This document shows, piece by piece, positions 55,250-64,000 of a stretch of 64,000 nt of DNA. The stretch comes from Octopus vulgaris. Its lineage: Eukaryota. The first letter of the stretch is position 1; each line of letters opens with the position of its first letter. Below the pieces are notes generated by a model, which made no database searches, had not been told where the DNA came from, and was given only the letters and a program-made list of their open reading frames with translations. Made by a program: the position numbers and the translations under genes. The stretch spans positions 89,218,001 through 89,282,000 of the forward strand of contig OX597817.1 of the NCBI GenBank assembly GCA_951406725.2, given 5' to 3'.

Positions 55250-55362
55250 TGTTTTCAACATATTTTCACTTCATAATTTTGCCACGTGGTTACTGATTCT
55301 CTAATATTTTTGCTCCTTTTATATTTCTCTCTCTCTCTCTCTATATATATATTGTGTGTGTG

Positions 55363-55431
<69 letters not shown>

Positions 55432-55447
55432 ATATATATATACACAT

Positions 55448-55490
<43 letters not shown>

Positions 55491-55577
55491 TATCACAACC
55501 TACACATGTATAGACATATACACAAATACAAAACTATCACATCAAATACACACAGGAGACCTGTGAACGTACATTTA

Positions 55578-55631
<54 letters not shown>

Positions 55632-55885
55632 TACACGCACGCAGATACATACACATGTACACATAGTCCCGCCACACAAATCGCTGAGAAACATTAGCGA
55701 CGCTCGAGACTTACTCATTGTTATACATATGCGTATATGTACAGAAGCATGTGTGTGTGTGTTTGCGTGAGTGTGTGTGTGTTGGGGTTCATATGCGTGA
55801 ACGTATGTATATGTATAATACTGAGTGTAAGATGCATCTGTATATATGTGTGCGCACATAAACTTAGAAGATATGTCAAGCCTGT

Positions 55886-55918
<33 letters not shown>

Positions 55919-56104
55919 GGCATATGAAAAATACATCAAGTGGAATAAAAATTGTCGCGAGCATAGGCACACATATAATAGAAAAAGAAAATCTTACAAA
56001 CTTGTCATACACATAATGTGTGTATGTGTGTGCCAACGCAGATATATATGTAGTTATATTTGTATGCATATACATATGTATGTATAAATACATCTATATA
56101 TATA

Positions 56105-56142
<38 letters not shown>

Positions 56143-56371
56143 CGCGTGTGTATGTGTTTAATATACTTTCATATATATATACGTGTGTGGGTGTGTAATA
56201 CATATTCACATTTACATATATGTATAATATATGTATAATATACACACATATTTACATATATTTATGCATAAATACTTGTATATAAATAATATAGCGTATG
56301 TGTACATATTTTGTATATCTATATAAATATATACAAATGCACACACAGACATACTCACACACACACATATA

Positions 56372-56432
<61 letters not shown>

Positions 56433-56711
56433 GTGTGTATGTATATGTGCTTATATATGTTTATATATGTGCGTGTGTGTATATACACATATATACATGC
56501 ATACACACACACATATATATATATATTCATATACACATACATATATTTATTCATACATATATAAGTGTAGGTATGGATGGATGCTTGCATGTATGTACGT
56601 TTGTATGTATGTATGTATGTATGTATGTATGTATGTATGTATGTATGTATGTATGTATGTATGTGTGTTTGTAAGTATGTATGCATGTATGTATGTATGT
56701 ATGTATGTATG

Positions 56712-56742
<31 letters not shown>

Positions 56743-57107
56743 GTATGTATGTATGTAAGTATGTATGTATGTATGCATGTATATATGTGTGTTTCTCTGA
56801 GTGTATACGCATGTACACAGTGCAGATGGCTCGTATGTCTGAAAGAAGACAATGTAGAGGTTTGCGCACGTGCGTGCCTCAGAACATATTGCATTGCTAA
56901 TACATGCAAATATATGCACACACACAATCAGTATTCATGTATGTATTTATGTGCTATCTTCCGTATTTTTTTATATTTCGTTTTCTATAATGAACCGTCT
57001 CCGTATTGGTCAATCTGATTCAGTGCGTCCACACAGCGCCCTTTGCCGGAGACATTTTACGCATTTTGGCCAGAGGTCAGTTAATATGTGTATGTGCAAA
57101 AACATGC

Positions 57108-57150
<43 letters not shown>

Positions 57151-57712
57151 TATATGAATGTGAGTGTATGCGTGTATGCGTGTAAATGCATATATGTGCG
57201 TGTGTGTGTGTGTGCATTTCTAAATGAACTCATGTCTGTTCGTTCTTATAAGCACATATGCTTCATCATCGCCGCCACCACCACCACCACCACCACCACC
57301 ACCACCACCACCATCTTCATCACCGTCTTCTGTTGGAACAGACACTCACAAATACACTCCTTCACTCTAGTTTTCGAATCAATTGTAGCTGGATGATTAG
57401 TTTTCATTATTAGTGGTTTCTGCATCTGATTCAAGGAATTTATCATTCTATCCAAAGCATTTTCATAAGTCGTTTTTCCTAAACGTCCATGCCTGCTTTC
57501 AATCTTTTAGCCCTCGTTTCATACGTTCTGAGTAATATAATGCTTTCCTTTCATAAATCTTGAGCTACTCCGATGAAAATAAAAGGTGGTGGGGATATAT
57601 GTATCAAATATGATGTATGGACGCCAGAGAAATATGTCCTAGGTGTCACATGTGATAGACAAAACAGACAAAAGTTTAACATTGGTTACGCAAGATTCCG
57701 TCGAGTTGATCA

Positions 57713-57900
57713 TTCCGGGTAAAATACTTGGCGGCTTTTCGTCCGTCTTTACTTTCTGAGTTCGAATTCCGCCGAAGTCGACTTGATATTTCATCCTTTC
57801 AGGTTCGATAAAAATAAGTACCAGTTGAACAATGGCGTCGATGTAATCTATTTAACCCCTGTCCCGAAATTGGAGGCCTTGTACCAAAATTTGAAGCCAA
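57713..57900 (+). mobile_element. SINE family B, degenerate
   Basis: TTCTGAGTTCGAATTCCGCCGAAGTCGAC..TCATCCTTTCAGGTTCGATAAAAATAAGTACCAG. Confidence 0.85.
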
Positions 57901-58280
57901 TATTATCACATATAAATGTTTTTAATATATCACATTTAGAAGTTAGCAAGTGTAGCCTACAAAATCATTTCCACGATGATGCTGGTCAACTGAGTGTTAA
58001 TAGGCAAGTATGTGGTGTGTAGAAAAAAAAAGTCAGGAAAAAATGCCACTGAAAAAAGGTCATAACAATCTGTAATAAAATTTTTATTTACTTTTTTTTT
58101 TAATCTTTGGTAATTTTGGTCAGTAAGTGTTATTTCGTATTTGCTTCAATGTGAAATGACTGCTATTCGCTTCAAACTCTGCTTTTGTGACCTGGACATC
58201 TATGTTTTGAAACTGACCTATTTTTCGTTACATTTCAAACAGTTTCAGCGCTGATTTGCTGAAGCAGAAATATCGTTATA

Positions 58281-58446
58281 ACAAATATGCTGTTCAATAC
58301 CACAATCTTGCTTGTCACTTGCTCGACCGTAACCACTTGAGCATGTTCCTTATTGGTTGACAATACGTGCATCTCTGATCATGAACAGAAGTAGTGGGAG
58401 AGTATCAAAGCCTTGTGTTGAGACAGATTCTTTGGGGCTTGAATAA
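58281..58446 (+). mobile_element. Old internal fragment of the (AAT)n-tailed element
   Basis: Matches 9976-10140 with many substitutions. Confidence 0.8.
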
Positions 58447-60550
58447 ATGTAACAAAGGAAAATTTTGAAGAAAATATTAGCCACTTTCCATACTTTCTAG
58501 AGGTAAGCAAATAGGAAATAACAGTTGCTACGTAAGGACAAAAATTGCATTACACAGTGTAATTCTGGCTCGAGGAAAAAAAGTCACATTTTATTTAAAT
58601 ACGATAAACAGTTGTAGTTATAAAAGAAAAAAATATTTTAAATCAGTTACTAACTGGTAGTACATGACTTGTATGTAATTTATGTATTATGGTTTTACAC
58701 ATATGTTTAAAAAATCAACAAAAAACACACACAAAAAAACCAACAATCTTTTATTCAGTTTCTTAAGCAAAGTTAGATAATGAAGCAAAAAAAAAAAAAA
58801 GTAAGCGTCATTTACATGACATGTACAGATTGAAAACACCTTGCATAGTATCGTGGCTTTACATGTATATTCAGAATTTTTAATGCTGGTTAAGACGGTG
58901 GCCATGAAGAAACTAACGCCATGAAGAAACCAACGCAATGAACAATTTTCAACCAGAACGTTCATAAAGAACGTCCAACCAACGTCATGAAGAAACTCTG
59001 CTACAGTCTTGTTGGTCTTACGTCAAGCAACAGACAAGTTATGAAAGTGTACTTGTTGGTGCTTTTTTAATCCTCATGACTTTTTTCCTGGATTCAGATG
59101 TTTGAGCAGTATTTTAATACAGTAAAATTAACTAATACCAAAAATATTGTGTCTACCAAATTCATGAATGAAAAAGCATAGGCTAGACGAAAACTACGGG
59201 ATAAAATGATTATAAGTACTTCTGAAGTACTACTTCAAATGCAGAAAACGTAAAAACAAATTCAGTATAATAATTTATTAAGAGGGAAACGAAATGCAAA
59301 GAAAAACATGTTTTGGATAGCAGATATATTGTGTAGAGTATTATATAGCTACGATATTGTTACATACATGGTGGGAGTTACAGTCTACATGATGAGATAA
59401 ACGTTCAGCGAATAAATATCGTTAAAAGGTAGAAATCACTGAGATTAGTATTCAGTGACACTTTAACATGATAAACAATAGGGTGCTTAAGAGTTTAACT
59501 ATTGAATGAAATGAGCATCTTATAGAAATATTGGCGAGGAATAAGCAGCTTTTGCGCAATGACTAATATTAATCATTCCGCAACAACGGGAAACAACTCT
59601 GGAAAGGTGTCGGTATTATTATACCTCTTCAGCGATTAAAATATTAGTCATCGAGGTAATATTGATTTTTCCTAAGTATCTCTAATGAGATTGTTGATAT
59701 GGCCTGGGAAGTATTATCTATTCCTCTCTTACCCCCACCCCCATACATGCACAAACACATACATGCACATACTATCGCCAGGTTCTGAGGAATTTGCAGC
59801 TCATAAAATTTTGGTCAACCCTAGACTGAACTAGAAAGGCATTTGCCGGTGCTTATACTTGTTGCGAAGTAAGATCGAACTACTAGACGTATGTTTGCGA
59901 TGTAAACATAGAAACCAAACGGCCATAGCTGTCTCATAAAGAGAAAGAGACGAGTCAAATAATAAATGTCCAGCGTGTGGTATTTACGATATCATTGCAA
60001 CTAACATAAAAAGCCATATTCACAGACTTAGCAAGATGTTACGTAATGCTTCATAGTTAACTTGTAGCAGTTGAATATCGTTTGTTTCATTTCTGCGCGT
60101 AAAATTCATTCTGTTTACATGATTGATGTCAACGTTTTCATATTTCAAACACCATTTTTTTAACTTCAATTATCTGTTTCTACTCCCACACGACGCGCTA
60201 ACATAACTGTTCTCTGTTCTTAGTACACACTTACACAGACAGACGGACGCACACACGGAGGCAAATACACACAAACTTCCTCTTCATATATATATATATA
60301 CTTATATACATTATATATATATATATATATATGGCATCGTACCTGTTGTGTTTTTCTACTTCTTTCTCCCCATCTCAGTATCAAGCTATGATTTTTATCT
60401 TTTCGGCTTTTTTTACCTTACATCCTTGACTAAAAATGAACGTGATTTCATCACTACGTACCCAGCATATAAAACTGCTTATACACGCATATAAGCGTGT
60501 ACACACACACATATATAAAATATATATTATCATACATGCGAGTGTGTGTA

Positions 60551-60605
<55 letters not shown>

Positions 60606-60634
60606 ATACATACATACATATATAAATATATTTT

Positions 60635-60668
<34 letters not shown>

Positions 60669-60691
60669 CATACATACATATATACATACAC

Positions 60692-60735
<44 letters not shown>

Positions 60736-61497
60736 GCACACACACAAACACACTCACCACACTTACGCACAACCACATATGTATAGATAGATATAGGCAT
60801 CGGAGCATGTACATACGTCCATGTGTATGCATGTACATATGTATAGACGTATGTATGTGCATATTTCTTGATGTAGGTGAGCTTTCCTCCCTGTTGCTCG
60901 AGTGTCGATATAGATCAAATACACAGATGATTTCATATGCTCATGCGTCAATGATTGTGTGTACGTATGTGTGTTTGTACTATGAGCGTATGAATGTGTG
61001 TCTATTTGTGTGTGTAAATGTGCCTGACAATGTGTGTATGTGTGTGTGTATGGGGAAGGAGGAATGGGGAAGGAGGCGCATGTGTGTAAGGTGTCAGTAA
61101 ATGTCATTGACATGTGTCAGTGGAGAGAGTAAATGCCATCTTTGTGTAACAGTTTCAGACATGTATGTGTGTGTATGTATGTATGCAACTATGTATGTAT
61201 GTATATGCATCTATGCTTACATGTTTGAATGCATGTGTGTATGCTTATATGGAAGTATTTTGCATTTATAAGTGTGTATGTGTGTGTCTGCGTATGGATG
61301 TGTATATGTGTGTGTTTACAAAATTATATCCATTTATCCTGCACATATGTGCTACCCATATACATAGACATACATACATGCATACATATATGCATATATG
61401 CACAGATATTTATATATATATATATATGTGTGTGTGTGTATTTATGTATGTAGGTATATATATACACACATATATGTATATGCATGTATGCATATAT

Positions 61498-61529
<32 letters not shown>

Positions 61530-61587
61530 TGTATGTATGTATGTATGTATGTATGTATGTATGTACGTATCTATATATCTATATCCA

Positions 61588-61662
<75 letters not shown>

Positions 61663-61689
61663 ATATCTATATATATATATATAAATATT

Positions 61690-61852
61690 TTCTATTTTCT
61701 CTCCTTGTTTCTTTCTGTGTTCCTTTCTGAGAAAGAGCGTAGCCTAGAAACGGTAAAGACTTCTTCACTTCCCGAGCGTTAAACTAATACATCTGTTTGT
61801 TGTCTACACCACCTGTCTTCGTCTTTTGTTTTTTTTTTGTGAATTCTCCCTA
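61690..61852 (+). mobile_element. Short PLE 3'-end derivative in (TA)n with a decayed hammerhead (61723-61758)
   Basis: Homologous in layout to 31466-31620(-): CTTT-CTGAGAA-AGAGCGTAGCCTA-GAAACGGT-AAAG followed by TTCCCGAGCGT. Confidence 0.65.
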
Positions 61853-61901
61853 TATATATACATATATATGCATACATACATACATACATACATACATACA
61901 T

Positions 61902-61948
<47 letters not shown>

Positions 61949-61997
61949 AAGATAAACAGAAGTACGTCAAAGAAAGTATGAAGGATATGGTATTAGA

Positions 61998-62035
61998 TTT
62001 TATAACGTTTCGATATTGACACTTCATCAGAAAAA
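61998..62035 (-). ncRNA. Hammerhead-like motif with canonical core but weak stems
   Basis: The minus strand reads TTTTT-CTGATGA-AGTGTCAATATC-GAAACGTT-A-TAAAA. Confidence 0.45.
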
Positions 62036-62199
62036 AAGAAATGTCGGAGTGAGAGAGGTAGAGAGAGAGTAAGAAACAGGAGAGAGAGAGAGAGAGAGAG
62101 GGAGAGAAAAAAGAAAAGAGAGAGAGAGAAAGAAAAGAAAGAAAGAAATAGTGAATGCAGTGAGGAAAATTTCAAAACTGAAAACTTGGTAAAGCAGTA

Positions 62200-62230
<31 letters not shown>

Positions 62231-63450
62231 GGAAGAAAGTACGCGAGTGAAAGTGAATCATTCATAATCAGGGGAATCCGATTCTCTGAAGGAGTGAAGT
62301 AGGGAGGAGAGATGAGTTTGCTGATGCATATGTCAGAATATTTTTGTGTGTTGAAGCGGGAATATTGGTATGTGATGAAGAGGTGTGTGGTGGTGGGTGT
62401 GTGTATGTGTATAGATGTATGTAGGCTGATAAATTTGATCGTATTGGTTAGTGGTGTGTAAGAAATGTAGATGTGTGTGTGTAAATGTTCGTGGATGGTG
62501 TGAATACCATGTAAGGGTGTATAAGGGCCCAGGCGTGTGTGTTAGACTAAAGGTTTCGCGAAGGTACTGTAAGGAGGCATGTGCAAAGTGAACGAGGTTG
62601 TTTACGAGAGTCTATGTGCATGAATAGAAGCATATTTGGGTGACAGGGATTTTCTTTTAGAGCGAAAGATTAAAATTTTCGAAAAGCTGAAAATCTAATA
62701 CAGAATAAAAAGTCCTAGAAAAGTTTCCAAGATTCCAAGATATCGAAGAAAAGGTAGCAAGAGCCCAAAGAAATGGAAAACGGTCCTGGAAGAACGCGAA
62801 ATAGCAAAGGTGCGAGAAGGCAAAAAACGTAAACGATGGAGCGACGGAGAATGGCAGACGGAAAAAGGAGCGAAGAACAAAAGTAGTCAGTTTGAGAGAA
62901 GAGCTGATGCAAAGGGAAGTAAATGGTAGAAGTATGTAAGAATGATTGTGTGTGTGAGTATTAAGTGGCAGTCATATCAGTAGCGGTCAAGGTGTAGTGA
63001 CAAGTGGAAGGGGAAATAAATGTGGGTAATTCAAATGTGCAGATCAGAACAAATAGTCAAAGAGGGGTATTTGTGTGTGAGAATAACCAGTGAGAGTGTT
63101 TTAATGTGTGTTAAAAGTCAGTGTATGCGTGTTAGGTGTGCGTAATGGTGTGCCTGTGTATGTTATATGCGTGTGGCAAAGTGACAAAATGGTATGTATT
63201 TTGTGAAGCTGAGTGTAAGTGTATGTGATGGATGTATATAAGCGTGAGAGAAGAGGGTATAGTGAGCATGGAATTCGATGCGTGTAAGAATTTGCATTAT
63301 TTGATTGCTATCTCTTGTATATATCAAATTTTTATATGCTCGTGTGTCGTTTAGTTGGATGTCACTGGACTTCATCAGTGTATGTATTTTAATGTTTGAA
63401 CGTGTGTGTGGGAGGAGTGTGAGGGTGAGGATGTGTGTATGTGTGTACAC

Positions 63451-63517
63451 ATATGTACACATGCATGATAATCATGATCTTGATATGTACACATGCATGA
63501 TAATCATGATCTTGATA
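63451..63517. repeat. 32-bp perfect tandem duplication
   Basis: ATATGTACACATGCATGATAATCATGATCTTG occurs twice. Confidence 0.92.
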
Positions 63518-64000
63518 GACTCTCGCGTCGACAATGACGTATGAGGCCACAGTAACAAAGATTAAGATGCAGTCGCTTGGACAATCGCAAGGACGCCACT
63601 GTACACGTCTATACTATTCTGAAGAGCGATGAGACTATTGAAGTGGCAGGGTTTCTCTCATCGTAACAGACCAACACAATGACAACGACGGCTTTGAATT
63701 AAAGAGAAATGTAAAAGATTTGTTAGTGAACAACCTGCATAAAGAATTTGTTTCAAATGGATCCAGTCAACGCAGAATCTACTTAATTTCTCCATATAGT
63801 TGTAACACTGAAACTGGTGTACTTTGTGCCAAGTGCTAGACATAAAAGAATGCATGCCAGGGAATATAGCGATGCATAACCCAAACAGCTCGATGCTGAT
63901 GTCTCTTACCATTGCTCTCTACTTCTCATACGAAGCTTCTGTTGTCGAAGGCTGTCTAACAATTCTGATAAACATCTATGTAACTCGCATACATAAACTG

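Noticed and set aside
63540-64000. Complex sequence with short ORFs at the window end
   Set aside because: No recognisable motif or convincing splice signals; it cannot be assigned without a database search.

Overview
This is AT-rich eukaryotic non-coding DNA, not prokaryotic. The repeat content (tRNA-derived SINE families, dense TA/CA/TACA/AAT microsatellites, TTAGGG repeats) most resembles an Octopus/cephalopod genome; that assignment is inference. No intact host protein-coding gene is supported, and most ORFs in the supplied track are translated microsatellites. The window holds decayed and nested mobile elements: L1/Tx1-like, CR1, RTE and R4/Dong-like (restriction-like endonuclease, REL) LINE fragments, four Penelope-like elements (PLEs), two mariner remnants, an internally deleted Helitron, a Helentron-type non-autonomous element, several fold-back/MITE hairpins and at least four SINE families. 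The most notable observations are: (i) minimal hammerhead-ribozyme motifs with a palindromic stem III at the 3' ends of PLEs, two with a CCGANGA core; (ii) retroelements that appear to target (TAA)n or (TACA)n and stack in these repeats, including a ~550 bp non-coding element with no visible tRNA head; (iii) three 'tails-outward' inverted pairs of retroelement 3' ends; (iv) a fold-back element whose long inverted arms enclose telomeric repeats; (v) a ~730 bp inverted duplication inserted into a PLE reverse transcriptase. All coordinates were read by eye and may be off by a few bases.
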